Shown: positions 33,791 to 44,668, counted from the stretch's first letter. The stretch: 64,000 nt of DNA from Thermoplasmatota archaeon (GCA_965234725.1 CBDDUX010000032.1:1-64000), one strand, 5' to 3'. Notes: generated by a model from the sequence alone, not told the origin. Program-made: numbers and translations.

Positions 33791-34630
33791 ATGTTAGAGA
33801 ATAGAAGATCGATCTTTTTTATATCCATGGTGTTAGCATTTTCATTCCTTTCTGTATCCGTAATATCAGGACAGACCTCATCCGGAGTGCAGGTAGGAGA
33901 ACCCCTCCATCTATGGTTAAAGAGATCACCCGCCCAGGACCTGACCACACTCTCCTTCTATCCGATCCAGGTCGATGATACCGTTTCATCCGATCCCAAA
34001 TTCAGACATTCCCTGGGTCCCAAAGGTCAGGAGAACAGCAAGCTTACAGCCTACTTCCCAACCCATCCGGATAGCAATTTCCTCCAGTTCGAATACAATT
34101 CAACCCTTGTAGGGGCTTATAATTTCACCATCTCTGCCATCCTTCCAAATAATGCATCGGATATTGAGTTCAGACTGAAGGTTACCCTGGCTTTCGCGCA
34201 GGTAAGAGGATCGGACCTTGATGTGGAATACTCGTTCGTTATCTTGGGCCAGGCTGATTCGAACAGGAAGACCTACACAGGCGATATCGAGATCGACAAG
34301 GACCGCCTGGATAGATTCGACGGTGAGAAGGGAGGGAGGATGAAGTTAACGATAGAGCGTGTCGATAATATCGATACGGATGTCCTCCTTTACCTGGGGT
34401 ACGGTGGGAGGACCTGTTCCATGGACCTACCATATTCCAAATACAGATATGAACCGATAAAAGAAGAGGAGGATGGTTTCGATTGGACCATTCTTATCAT
34501 AATCCTCTTCGGTTCCCTTGTAATAATTATCTTGGTCTTCATGGCTTTCGGTTTGATCGGAGGGAAGAAGGAAAAGGATGATACCGATGAACCTCCGAAA
34601 AGAACAAGGTACAGGAGTGAGAGAAGATGA
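33791..34630 (+). CDS. Exported protein with C-terminal membrane anchor
   Basis: Signal peptide, beta-rich body, TM helix and charged tail; GAGGTGA RBS. Confidence 0.7.
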   Translation: MLENRRSIFFISMVLAFSFLSVSVISGQTSSGVQVGEPLHLWLKRSPAQDLTTLSFYPIQVDDTVSSDPKFRHSLGPKGQENSKLTAYFPTHPDSNFLQFEYNSTLVGAYNFTISAILPNNASDIEFRLKVTLAFAQVRGSDLDVEYSFVILGQADSNRKTYTGDIEIDKDRLDRFDGEKGGRMKLTIERVDNIDTDVLLYLGYGGRTCSMDLPYSKYRYEPIKEEEDGFDWTILIIILFGSLVIIILVFMAFGLIGGKKEKDDTDEPPKRTRYRSERR

Positions 34631-35394
34631 CGATCGCCCTGGACCTGAGATGTGGTGTGTCCGGGGATATGCTTCTCGGAGCCTTCATGGATATCTATTC
34701 CAGAGAGGGAGATGTCGAAAAGGTCCTGGAACGGATCGAGAGGGCCGCATCAGTGATGGCCCCGACAAGGGTAAGAATGGTGGAAGTGGAACGATCAGGG
34801 GTCTTAGGGAAGGATATCTCAGTTGATTGGGACCCTCTCCCTATGAACAGTGTTCCTGGAACTGCCATGAAGGAGTATTTAGGATCAGGTCTGAAAACGA
34901 TATCTGCAAATGACAGGATCGTGAGGAAGACCAATAGGATGTTGGATAATATCCTGGAAGCGGAGATGGTCGCCCATGGTTGCGGAACCTTGGAAGAGGT
35001 CCATCTTCACGAGACAGGCAGTCCCGACACTCTTGTGGATATCATTGGTATATCATTGGTCTATGATCTTTTGGAGATGGATGGGGAATGGTTGAAGGCC
35101 ACACCGATCTCCCTGGGAATGGGGGCTGTGGAAACATCCCACGGGACACTTCCTGTTCCTGTTCCTGCGGTAAGGCACATGATCAGGTCCATTCCAGTCA
35201 GGGCAGGACCAGTTGAGGGAGAGCTCGCCACTCCCACAGGAGTGGCTGCCGTATCGGCGATAGTGGAGCTCTGGATGGACCATTCCGAAAAGGGAGATAC
35301 AGAACCCTTTAAAGGAAAACTCCTAGGTGCGGGTTCCGGAAAGAGAGTGTACAACGGTTTTTCAAATATGTTGAGTATCTGGGAGGTTGAATGA
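34627..35394 (+). CDS. larC: Nickel pincer cofactor biosynthesis protein LarC, N-terminal (LarC1) module
   Basis: GVSGDMLLGA, AE..AHG...EEVHLHE.G..D...DI, HGTLPVPVPA, GELATPTG. Confidence 0.88.
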   Translation: MTIALDLRCGVSGDMLLGAFMDIYSREGDVEKVLERIERAASVMAPTRVRMVEVERSGVLGKDISVDWDPLPMNSVPGTAMKEYLGSGLKTISANDRIVRKTNRMLDNILEAEMVAHGCGTLEEVHLHETGSPDTLVDIIGISLVYDLLEMDGEWLKATPISLGMGAVETSHGTLPVPVPAVRHMIRSIPVRAGPVEGELATPTGVAAVSAIVELWMDHSEKGDTEPFKGKLLGAGSGKRVYNGFSNMLSIWEVE

Positions 35395-36059
35395 TGGAGA
35401 TGAGGTTGAAGCTTGATGATGAGACCGTTGATGTCATCTTCACCGGTAAGGAACTGAAAATAGCAGGGAGGAAGACCATTAAACCTCTGAGGGCCTCCCT
35501 TGATGCGAAAAGGGTGATTCCCATCCTTTATACTATCATAATTGTAATGGGGATAGTGATCACATCAATGGTGATCGGGTCGCTTTTCGGTAGAGTGGAT
35601 ATTGCGATCATCTCGGTTGCTGCCGGTATGGGTCTTGCAGCAGTTGTTTATCTTTCCCTTTCACGGATGGAGCAGGTACTTCAGATCGAGCACCCTTCAG
35701 GTGTTCTGGAATTCAGAGGTCCTTCCGATGATCTGAGAAAACTCTATTACTCCATATCCAAAGTGACGATCAGGAAGATGAAGGATAGGGAGCGCAAGGA
35801 TGAGAAATCTTCCTTGAAGGGGGTGGGTGTTACCAAGGGAAATTCGCTTATGAACAAGGAAGAACTGAGGTCTGTAAAAGGTGACCTGAAAAGATCGGTC
35901 GTTCTTGGTGGCCGAATGATAGCTCAGATATGTCCTGAGTGCGGTAATGATGAACTGTATTACGAGGGAGGATTCATGACGGGACATGTATACCACTGCA
36001 AGAGATGTGATTATGTCGGATCCTTCATAATGGAAAAAGAACTCGATCTTAGAGAGTGA
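35391..36059 (+). CDS. Membrane protein with C-terminal zinc ribbon
   Basis: Two TM helices; CPECG...YHCKRCDYVG. Confidence 0.72.
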   Translation: MMEMRLKLDDETVDVIFTGKELKIAGRKTIKPLRASLDAKRVIPILYTIIIVMGIVITSMVIGSLFGRVDIAIISVAAGMGLAAVVYLSLSRMEQVLQIEHPSGVLEFRGPSDDLRKLYYSISKVTIRKMKDRERKDEKSSLKGVGVTKGNSLMNKEELRSVKGDLKRSVVLGGRMIAQICPECGNDELYYEGGFMTGHVYHCKRCDYVGSFIMEKELDLRE

Positions 36060-36312
36060 CCTTCTGTCTTATTTGAGTCATAGAAAAATAGGAGATCCTT
36101 GGACCATTCCAACTCAGTTCGTGACAAAACAGGCATCTGGATGCTCGTCTGTGCGTCCTCCATCTGTCATGACCTCTTGAAGGACCATTCTTTCCCAGAC
36201 CTTATTTACTCCTTGTATCAATATAACCATTGGATCGGGTAAGGTCCTCCCCCGGCAGGACTCACCTGCCAGGTCCCTTCCCGATCGAGGAGGGATCGAG
36301 ACGAGATCTAAG

Positions 36313-39300
36313 ATGGTTGCGTGGATATTGACCTGCATGATGGCATTGACGATCACTATTCTTACGAATTCCGATCCAAATGCGGAGGTCCTGAACGGAG
36401 ATGAGGACAATATCATCCCATCTGTGTTGGCCCCGTTAAATGTCATGGAAAGTGAGAGGTCATTGGGAGAGCCTTTTTCATTTATCAATTCAAAGGATCG
36501 ATCTGTTGGTGATCAAGGAGATGATGTCCATTTCGCATCTACCCCCGGATCAAGGGAATCGGACACTGAAAGGGAAATGGATGCGCATGATTATGCGAAT
36601 GGATCAAGGATAACTAGCAGTGGAGAAAAGATATCCGGTTCATTGACATATGATCCTTCTGGTGTTTCTGATTTTAAAGATTGGTACAAATTATCAGAAG
36701 ATGATGTGGATCCATCTCCCGGTGCAACCAATGGACCTCATAATATCTCTATCACCATGACGAGCTATCTTGACGGGAACAATGGTCATGATGATCTCTA
36801 TGAGTACAATATCGTGCCATCATCGGTACCCGGAGAATTCGAACTTGAATCTGACTATTATGATTATATATGGATCCATGTCCGATACTACGATCCATGG
36901 ATGGGAATGGTGGATATCGGAGGAACGGAATTCCTTTACGACGACATGGACCCATCGGATTCCTGGGAACATGCTAGGAACTGGACCTTCAGGTTTTCAA
37001 CCCCTGTTCCATCCACTGGACCTGAGGACACCAATGGTTTCCAGGGTGGATTGGAGGAAGTCGGGTGGTATTATATCTCATTTTCAATGGATTGGGGTGC
37101 GGTGATCGGAGCTCCTGATAGAAGCGGATTCTCAGTAAATTACGAGTTCGATGTGGAAACTGATGACCGGGATGTGACAGATGACGGAGCTAACGTCATT
37201 GAGGATGCAGGACCTTTCGAGGGGGACCTACCAAGAAGGGTACAATCAGCCTTCGATCAGGTGGATTGGTACAGGTTTGCAGGTTCGGATCCGGAAAAGC
37301 TCTGGAAGATGAGTTTTATCATTAACAGGACCCTCGGCCTGGGTCAGGTAGATGAGAACTCCCAGAGAATATATGATACTCACCAGTTCTTCTTTGTCAT
37401 GATACCTGAACCTGGTGTAGATGAGATCTGGGATACTGAGGATGACACCTGGTCGTATCTCTGGTGGAAGTTCACCTTTTTCATAACAGGTCCAGGTGCG
37501 ATATCGGGAAACCAGACCTTCGGATTCACTCTGAACAACACATGGACCGATCATCCGGATAGGGGAGTCTACATAGGGACCTATGTCACTCCGATAACAG
37601 CAGGATATGATGGAACGGAGATCACCGGTTACTATTACACGTCCTGGACAACCTTCTCTGATTATACCATAGATTATTCTGTAATTGAAGAAAGCGTGAA
37701 CAGGAGGCCCCAAGTGAAGGACCTGGATGTCACCTCCGATAATGAGTTCGAAAGAAGCAAGGGAGACGTAAGTGACACTTTTTCATTCGAGGTTACATAT
37801 CTGGACCCGGATGGGGACGAACCTGAATTCCTGGACCTCTACCTTGATCCAGGAACCAAGGATGAACAAGTATATTCCATGCTGGGGGAAGATGATGGAG
37901 GTAGTCTGAAAACAGGTAGGACCTATTACCTCACTCTTGTGGGTGTTGACATTGGAGAGAAGGATGGGGACTATTCTTTGATGGTCAATGCGTCGGATAA
38001 GATAGGAATGATTTCTCTTCGGACCTCACTTACCACGAATAACCTCTACCTGAACGGAACGCTTTCCGTCTGGGACGATAAGGAAGTGGAATACATACCA
38101 AGCGGTTCCATTGATCCCTTGTCAGAGGATCAGAGTCCTGTAATGATACCTCTTGAAGAGTTCAACGGAGGTCCTTTCAAGGATCCTGAGAGATCCTTTG
38201 TCGGATTCAAGGTATGGAATGGATCCCTGGAAGAATGGTCCGATGATTCAAAGCAGGATATCGTCAGGATCGAGATCATTTACCGGGAGGGAGACGGCTG
38301 GTATGCCGAGATCTCACCACTTGAGAACAAACACGGGGAAGAGTTGATAGGGATACTTGCTTACGATGAGCATTCCCGTATCGATGCCAATCTGTCCCTG
38401 ACGGTACAATCTGTCAACGATCCTCCTGTATTGGATAGTGTGGAATTCAATGGAGACGAGGTTTCCATAGATAGATCCGATCCGCTTGAACTGGAAGTTG
38501 ATCTTCGACCCTATGTTATCAAGGAAGAGGAGGAGTTCGAGATCCATCTTTTCGCAAGTGATAGCGATCCGGAAGAGGATCGGACACAGATCTCCTTTTC
38601 ACTTGTCGGTGTTGGGAAAGGATCCTGGTCCTCTTCACCCCAGATCGATACCTCCACCGGAGTTTTGAAGTATACTCCACAGAACTCCGATGTAAGGGAG
38701 AATGGGTGGATGACTTTCAGGATCACTGATGGTTTCGATCTGATAGATGTAAAATTGTGGATGGATGTATCTAACACTCCGGATGATCCGATGATCTCGA
38801 TATCTCACGAAGGTCCAACTGTCATGCAGGGAGCTACGTGGACAATGGACCTTTCCGCAGAAGATGTGGATAAGGGAGAAACCTTCGTCTATTCCATCAA
38901 CCTGGAAGATGAGATAGGATCGGATTACCCCTCCATATCCGATCAACTTCCCGAAGCAGCGCTTGGAGTGGACCTCAGATATGACTTCGATGAAGTGACG
39001 GGATATCTCAGTCTGACGCCCATGGGTGAGAATATCTGGAAAACTTCAAATTCTCTGCTTGAAGAGGTGACAGTGACTTTTGTTGTTCTTGTTACTGATT
39101 CAGATGGAAGGACCGATATGAGAGTGGTGAACCTCACCATGATCAAGGATGGTCCATGGATACCGGCGGTTCCTGATTTCACCTTTACCGTGACGGATGA
39201 GGACCCTGATACTCCTGGTGATCAAGGTCTTACCATCACGGTAACAGCGGATGAGATCGATCCGAAATATGATCCTACTTGGGTCTACAGCTGGACTTTG

Positions 39301-39786
39301 AGTGATGGAAACAAGATAACCGGAAGGGAATTCGAGCATACGTTCACACCCTCCGGTGATGGAACGGTCTTCACCTACAACATCAAACTGAAACTTGTTT
39401 TGGGTGAATATATGACTACTGAAGGATCAAAGACCGTAACCTTGACGATCCCTGTGGAAAAGGAGGAAAAGAAAGAAGAAACCTCCATTCTTCCCTATAT
39501 GATCGGGGGAGCGGTCCTTCTGATTCTCATAATCATTGCACTCGCTTTGATCATCATAATGAAAAAAAGATCAGAGGTGCCTGCTGAGACAGATGGAGTA
39601 CCTACACAAGGGTTCTCAGGGCCTCAATCAAGAGAGGTCAGAGCTCGTTCTCCTCCTCCTCTTTATGGCCAGCAACCTGCAAGGGAAGAATATATTGATG
39701 AAAATGTGAGATGTCCGAATTGTGGTTCACCGGTTCAGAAGGATTGGTTCCTCTGTCCGGAATGTAAGGATCCACTGAAATGGTGA
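36313..39786 (+). CDS. Large acidic cell-surface protein (cadherin/Ig-like and PKD-like repeats, TM anchor, cytoplasmic zinc ribbon)
   Basis: Signal-like N-terminus; NxPP/DxD repeats (VNRRP, VNDPP, YLDPDGD, DSDP, DVD); YSWTLSDG...HTF; TM helix; CPNCG...CPEC. Confidence 0.8.
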   Translation: MVAWILTCMMALTITILTNSDPNAEVLNGDEDNIIPSVLAPLNVMESERSLGEPFSFINSKDRSVGDQGDDVHFASTPGSRESDTEREMDAHDYANGSRITSSGEKISGSLTYDPSGVSDFKDWYKLSEDDVDPSPGATNGPHNISITMTSYLDGNNGHDDLYEYNIVPSSVPGEFELESDYYDYIWIHVRYYDPWMGMVDIGGTEFLYDDMDPSDSWEHARNWTFRFSTPVPSTGPEDTNGFQGGLEEVGWYYISFSMDWGAVIGAPDRSGFSVNYEFDVETDDRDVTDDGANVIEDAGPFEGDLPRRVQSAFDQVDWYRFAGSDPEKLWKMSFIINRTLGLGQVDENSQRIYDTHQFFFVMIPEPGVDEIWDTEDDTWSYLWWKFTFFITGPGAISGNQTFGFTLNNTWTDHPDRGVYIGTYVTPITAGYDGTEITGYYYTSWTTFSDYTIDYSVIEESVNRRPQVKDLDVTSDNEFERSKGDVSDTFSFEVTYLDPDGDEPEFLDLYLDPGTKDEQVYSMLGEDDGGSLKTGRTYYLTLVGVDIGEKDGDYSLMVNASDKIGMISLRTSLTTNNLYLNGTLSVWDDKEVEYIPSGSIDPLSEDQSPVMIPLEEFNGGPFKDPERSFVGFKVWNGSLEEWSDDSKQDIVRIEIIYREGDGWYAEISPLENKHGEELIGILAYDEHSRIDANLSLTVQSVNDPPVLDSVEFNGDEVSIDRSDPLELEVDLRPYVIKEEEEFEIHLFASDSDPEEDRTQISFSLVGVGKGSWSSSPQIDTSTGVLKYTPQNSDVRENGWMTFRITDGFDLIDVKLWMDVSNTPDDPMISISHEGPTVMQGATWTMDLSAEDVDKGETFVYSINLEDEIGSDYPSISDQLPEAALGVDLRYDFDEVTGYLSLTPMGENIWKTSNSLLEEVTVTFVVLVTDSDGRTDMRVVNLTMIKDGPWIPAVPDFTFTVTDEDPDTPGDQGLTITVTADEIDPKYDPTWVYSWTLSDGNKITGREFEHTFTPSGDGTVFTYNIKLKLVLGEYMTTEGSKTVTLTIPVEKEEKKEETSILPYMIGGAVLLILIIIALALIIIMKKRSEVPAETDGVPTQGFSGPQSREVRARSPPPLYGQQPAREEYIDENVRCPNCGSPVQKDWFLCPECKDPLKW

Positions 39787-39790
39787 TATC

Positions 39791-40318
39791 TTAGATCGTA
39801 CCAGAGAGACCGCAGTGCGGGCATGTGATCTGATGTGATCCTTCGGGAATGTGGAGGTGGTTCCCGCACTGCGGGCATTCCACTGTTATCATAGGGGTAC
39901 CATGGTATGGATGTGATTGCTGTACCTGCATAGGCTGCTGGTATGCCTGTGGAGATGGTGGAGTGGCAACCACATGAACTTCTTCCACATCATGTTCCAA
40001 TTCACTGTAGGCTTTCCTGGCGGTTATGAACTCACGGAGGGCAAGTCCCGTAACGCTGATAGCGATCACGTCCAGGATCAGGGCGAAGATCAGGTTATTC
40101 CCATCCAGTGCTAAAAAGCTCAGTGGAAATACGATGATCGATACAATGACCATTATAACGATGACAATCGGTATCCATGGGGCCCCCATGGAGGTTCCCG
40201 CTTCACCTTCCATGATCCTTTTGGTGCTTGGTATCAGCATTGATACTATTATGCCTGATACAGCAATGGCGATGTTCAGAATGAAATTGATCAGAAATAT
40301 CGTCTCAACGGAAGCCAT
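39791..40318 (-). CDS. Three-TM membrane protein with C-terminal zinc ribbon
   Basis: Three hydrophobic helices, P/Q-rich linker, CPQCG...CPHCG. Confidence 0.75.
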   Translation of the reverse strand: MASVETIFLINFILNIAIAVSGIIVSMLIPSTKRIMEGEAGTSMGAPWIPIVIVIMVIVSIIVFPLSFLALDGNNLIFALILDVIAISVTGLALREFITARKAYSELEHDVEEVHVVATPPSPQAYQQPMQVQQSHPYHGTPMITVECPQCGNHLHIPEGSHQITCPHCGLSGTI

Positions 40319-40509
40319 GGTATGTTACCCAGAAACAAGATGGTATTTATTGATTGCGAATAACTGGTAAAAATTCAGTGTTTTTGGAGGACCATAGAAT
40401 TTGTATGGGACCCTTTCCTCCATGTTCAGAACAGTGGATATTCGCTAACTATCATTTCAATGAAAAGAAATTTATTACATCTTTTGCTCTCTTTTTATGG
40501 TGTTGTACA

Positions 40510-41073
40510 TTGGGGTTTTTTGATACTGAAAAGAATGTCTTTGAATATATCAAAATTGCGGAAGGGTATGATGGGAGGGAGCTGATATCGATACTTGAAG
40601 GAATATTGCCTCCTTCTACGACAGTACTCGAACTTGGGATGGGTCCCGGAAAGGACCTTGATATCCTTAGTGAGAATTACAAGGTGACAGGATCCGATCT
40701 ATCCAAGGTTTTCATAGATCTGTATAGAAAGAAGAATCCGGGGGCCGACCTTTTACTTCTCGATGCCGTAACCTTGAAAACCCAAAGGAAATTTGATTGT
40801 ATCTATTCGAACAAGGTCCTTCAACACATCTCGAAGGATGATCTGAAAGCATCATTCCAGAGGCAATGGGAGATATTGAATGATAATGGAATACTGTTCC
40901 ATACTTTCTGGAAGGGAGATCGAGAAGAAATGATGGATGATCTCTTGTTCGTTTACCACACTGTGGATGGACTTAAGGAATTGATAGGAGATAGATTTCA
41001 GGTGATCAGATCGGAGATATACACAGAAATGGAAGAGGATGACTCGATATTGATCGTATTGAAAAAAGGTTAA
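40510..41073 (+). CDS. Class I SAM-dependent methyltransferase
   Basis: VLELGMGPG, VTGSDLS, FDCIYSNKVLQH; TTG 40510 chosen as start. Confidence 0.9.
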   Translation: MGFFDTEKNVFEYIKIAEGYDGRELISILEGILPPSTTVLELGMGPGKDLDILSENYKVTGSDLSKVFIDLYRKKNPGADLLLLDAVTLKTQRKFDCIYSNKVLQHISKDDLKASFQRQWEILNDNGILFHTFWKGDREEMMDDLLFVYHTVDGLKELIGDRFQVIRSEIYTEMEEDDSILIVLKKG

Positions 41074-41202
41074 AATTCATGAATTATTTGTGACCATGAT
41101 CAACAATGAAGATCGATCAATGTATGTCTTTTTACATTCTCCTGAATTAGGGTATACATGGTAATCAAGTTAATGCTTTTAGTAACTCATGGAAGTGTAA
41201 AA

Positions 41203-41370
41203 ATGGAAAACAAACTAATGAAAATTACCTGTGACCCGATGTGTGGATTCGCTGTGCAGAGCCATAAGGAAAGCGAACTGATAGATATGGCCATGACCCA
41301 TGTCAAGAATAATCATCCTGACAATAATTATTCCAAGGATGATGTTAAAGGTATGATAAAGAAAGTTTGA
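41203..41370 (+). CDS. DUF1059-family small metal-binding protein
   Basis: CDPMCGF.V......EL......H....H pattern. Confidence 0.75.
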   Translation: MENKLMKITCDPMCGFAVQSHKESELIDMAMTHVKNNHPDNNYSKDDVKGMIKKV

Positions 41371-41387
41371 TCAAAATGGATCATATG

Positions 41388-41423
41388 AACTCATCGGATG
41401 AAATGGTCCGATGAGTTTTTTTT
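41388..41423 (+). terminator. Hairpin plus T-run terminator
   Basis: AACTCATCGGA (41388-41398) / TCCGATGAGTT (41407-41417), T-run to 41423; lies between convergent genes. Confidence 0.8.
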
Positions 41424-41437
41424 AATGATCAAAGGTC

Positions 41438-42724
41438 CTATCGTATTGATCTCTTAATGGAATGTCCTTTAGGTTCATGGACGAACCTCTGGACCAGTAA
41501 TGCCGCAATGATCCCCATGAACGCAGATATCAGGAAGGGGATGGAATAACCAGGGAGTTCCATGAACCATATGGAATATTCTCTTTCGTGTGTCATGTCC
41601 CATACTAACCCTCCAAGAATCGGGCCTATAGTAGCTCCTACATTAGATATCGCCTGTATGGTGGCTATCAACCTTCCTCTGATCCTGGTAGGTACGATAT
41701 CTGCCTGAAGGGCCCTCGTAGCAGGTTGTGCGACCTGTCTTCCAATATCCTTGCCAACGAAGGTTATCAGAGACAGGATCTTCCCGAAGGGAAGGAGCGG
41801 TGTAAGGGACATGATGATGGTTGAATACCTACCCCACATGGAAGCATGTACTATCACCGGTTTCTTGTGTGGTCCTTCGGTAAAATATCCCGTAGGTATG
41901 ACGAACAGAAGTCCCAAACCCATACCTGCGCCGAACAGTATGGAAAAATCCCTGGCTCCGATACCGAAGTTCTGTTCCATGAAGAAGAACATCACAACCG
42001 AACCCAATGACCAGGAGAAACCCTCGAAGAAGGAGTTGGCATAGAGCATATTCAAAGAGAGCCTGGTCCTCTTTCCTATCCCCATTTTTGCTTTTTCTTC
42101 TTTCACCCGTTGAGAGACCTGGTCCTTCACAACTGTCAATTTATCCTTTAGGAAAACAAGACCGAAAAAGGCGGCAATGAAGGAGACAGCGCTGGTGAAA
42201 TAGAATGGAGTTCTCATGGAGGTAAGTTCGGAAAGTCCAGCAACATCCTGGGCAATGTAAAGGATCAGACCTCCGATCAAAGGTCCAGCTACAATTCCAA
42301 TGTTGGTCAGAAAGATATAGACGGATATTGACCTGGACCTCTTGGAAGGGGGGGCAGAATCCACAACAAGGGCCTCACCCACCGGCCAGACCATTGCTGA
42401 TGCGGTTCCCTGCAGAACTCGAACAAGTATCAATCCCCACCAGTTCTGGGGAAGGGTGAAAAGGAATGCAAGAAGACCGTAGAGGAACATCCCGGTGATG
42501 ATGACCTTCTTCCTTCCCACCCGATCAGAAAGTCTCCCGAAAGGCCTTGCAAGGAAAGCCCTGGTGAACATGAAGGAAGCAAGAAGCAGGCCGACCTCGA
42601 GACCCCCTCCTCCTAGAAGATCAACATAGTTGGGGAATATCGGGAGGATCATCCCGAATCCGAGATAAATAGAAAAAGCCAGGAAGGAGGCCACACCTAT
42701 GTTGAGCTTCCAGCTCCCTGCCAT
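41438..42724 (-). CDS. MFS transporter
   Basis: GRLSDRVGRK motif A, about 12 TM helices, GPLIGG/GPILGG. Confidence 0.93.
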   Translation of the reverse strand: MAGSWKLNIGVASFLAFSIYLGFGMILPIFPNYVDLLGGGGLEVGLLLASFMFTRAFLARPFGRLSDRVGRKKVIITGMFLYGLLAFLFTLPQNWWGLILVRVLQGTASAMVWPVGEALVVDSAPPSKRSRSISVYIFLTNIGIVAGPLIGGLILYIAQDVAGLSELTSMRTPFYFTSAVSFIAAFFGLVFLKDKLTVVKDQVSQRVKEEKAKMGIGKRTRLSLNMLYANSFFEGFSWSLGSVVMFFFMEQNFGIGARDFSILFGAGMGLGLLFVIPTGYFTEGPHKKPVIVHASMWGRYSTIIMSLTPLLPFGKILSLITFVGKDIGRQVAQPATRALQADIVPTRIRGRLIATIQAISNVGATIGPILGGLVWDMTHEREYSIWFMELPGYSIPFLISAFMGIIAALLVQRFVHEPKGHSIKRSIR

Positions 42725-42744
42725 ATAAGTGCGAACATATCATC

Positions 42745-43593
42745 CTATAAATAACTGGCAGAACCGGTAACCGAGACATATGCCGATCCATCAAGTGCTC
42801 TGACCACAAGGTTGTACATTCCGTCCAATCTCAGATCCGAGGGGCCGAAGATCCAAACTATGTTCTTCTGTCCGGTCACTTCAAGGGTTTCATTTTCCAT
42901 AATATCCAGGTAGGGATCCTCAAGGTATACTTCCAGTTTACAAGGTCCCACCCCATCAAGTAATTTTCCACCGGAGATGGTTATGGATAAGTTCATGCTG
43001 GTAGCACCCTTCTCCAAGGTCCAATTCACCTCTGTCATGTTATTGAATTGAATTGGTAATGTGGATTGTTGTATCAATACACGACTGATAGGTCCTATTG
43101 GCAGGTCTTGTGGGACCACAGTTATATTGATCTGGGCGGAATCCTCCTGTTCGATCTCATCCAATACGGTCAGTGTAACTATATATGACCTGGCTTCAGG
43201 GAATGAATGATCGATGGTGCCATTCGTTGTCGTTACCAACTCCCTTGATCCGTCCTCGTTGGTATAACCGAAATCCCAGATGAAGAACTTAATGCCTTTA
43301 TTGGAGAGGTTTCCTGAATAGCCCGGATCATAGGATTCGTTACCATCGAAGAATACTGGTGATCCACGAGTCGCTCTGGTCTTGTCAGCTGTGAGTATGG
43401 CCACTGGAGGTTTGTCATTGCTCACATCCGTATTGTTCAGGCCTCCACCCTCATCATCAGGTTCAATGAGGGCCATTATCTTGCCTCCAAAGGTGGACCA
43501 ACCTATCCCCAGGACCATAAGACCAACGATGACCACCGCTACGATGATCGCAATTTTTTTGATATTGGAATCCTTCTTGGGTTTTGCCATCAT
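42745..43593 (-). CDS. Membrane-anchored PKD-domain protein
   Basis: N-terminal TM helix; PPVA...FDGNESYDP...WDFG...HSF....YIVTLTV.D. Confidence 0.82.
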   Translation of the reverse strand: MMAKPKKDSNIKKIAIIVAVVIVGLMVLGIGWSTFGGKIMALIEPDDEGGGLNNTDVSNDKPPVAILTADKTRATRGSPVFFDGNESYDPGYSGNLSNKGIKFFIWDFGYTNEDGSRELVTTTNGTIDHSFPEARSYIVTLTVLDEIEQEDSAQINITVVPQDLPIGPISRVLIQQSTLPIQFNNMTEVNWTLEKGATSMNLSITISGGKLLDGVGPCKLEVYLEDPYLDIMENETLEVTGQKNIVWIFGPSDLRLDGMYNLVVRALDGSAYVSVTGSASYL

Positions 43594-43678
43594 TCCCACC
43601 TTTGGTTGCCCTGCCTTAACTTTGGGTAAAGCTTATTGGTTTAAGAGGCTTTTTAATCTTTTGGACCCTGGGTGAAAG

Positions 43679-44551
43679 TTATTTTTGAACATCCTTGGCT
43701 TTCTGCCTCTCCTCTTTCTGCAAACGTCTCTGCATTATCCGGTCCAATATAAGTTTCATGTATACTGCATCATGCTCCAAAAGAGGTGATTCGGAGATGA
43801 TCCTGTACTCCCAATCTTCATGGTCCAGCATCATCTCGGCCAGCGGATCGAATCTTAGGTCACCCTTCTTGATGGGAGTGGCCATAATCTTGTCACCATC
43901 AGCATGGTCGACCCCGGAGAAGTGTAGATAGAACTTTCCGGACTTCATCTGGTCTTCCACCTTGTTGAATAGGTCCTCGAAGTCCTGTATCTCCCTGAGG
44001 GAGCCACCATCCCTTGCATGGATGTTGGGGATGTTAAGGACCGGTATCGTCCTCTGGACCCTTTTATTGATCTCGAGGATCTCGTCCACCGAACCGAAGA
44101 CCTTCTGTCTGCCTGAGGTCTCGAGACCAAGTTCTATGTCCAATCCCATCTTCTTGAACTTGTCCCTTAGCCATCTCACTCTTTTAATGGCTTCATCCAT
44201 GGCTTCGTCCTTATTGTAATCGTGGTACATTCCAACATGGAGAACGCAGAGGTCCGCACCGAGCTTCTGGCTGATCTCTCCGCTCCATTGAACGTTATCA
44301 AGGGACCTCTGGACATAGTGCTCGTCCCCTAGAAGGTCCATGTAATAGGGAGCATGGACACTCAGGCTGACATCCAGCTCCTCTCCAAGCTCCCTTATCA
44401 GGTCGAGGTCCTCGGGAAGGTCCCTCATGGGGCGAAGAAGCTGTACCTCCATTGCATCCAGTTGAAGTGCGTGAATGTCCTCTATTCCATCCTTCAGGGT
44501 CCTCCCCTTACAGGATAGTGGTATGCCGGCTGGGCCGAACCTTATGTTCAT
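43679..44551 (-). CDS. nfo: Endonuclease IV-like AP endonuclease (TIM barrel)
   Basis: IRFGPAG, SVHAPYY, GLETSG....FGS, HAR, HFSG, ISESPLLEHDA. Confidence 0.85.
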   Translation of the reverse strand: MNIRFGPAGIPLSCKGRTLKDGIEDIHALQLDAMEVQLLRPMRDLPEDLDLIRELGEELDVSLSVHAPYYMDLLGDEHYVQRSLDNVQWSGEISQKLGADLCVLHVGMYHDYNKDEAMDEAIKRVRWLRDKFKKMGLDIELGLETSGRQKVFGSVDEILEINKRVQRTIPVLNIPNIHARDGGSLREIQDFEDLFNKVEDQMKSGKFYLHFSGVDHADGDKIMATPIKKGDLRFDPLAEMMLDHEDWEYRIISESPLLEHDAVYMKLILDRIMQRRLQKEERQKAKDVQK

Positions 44552-44668
44552 CTTTAATTCATCTCCTGGGTAATAATCGTAGGTAATGCACCCCTTGGCT
44601 CTTCTCTTCGATAGGTTCCTTATTTTCTTGATTTCTGAGGTATTTATAGTTATCTGAAATTATCCTTA

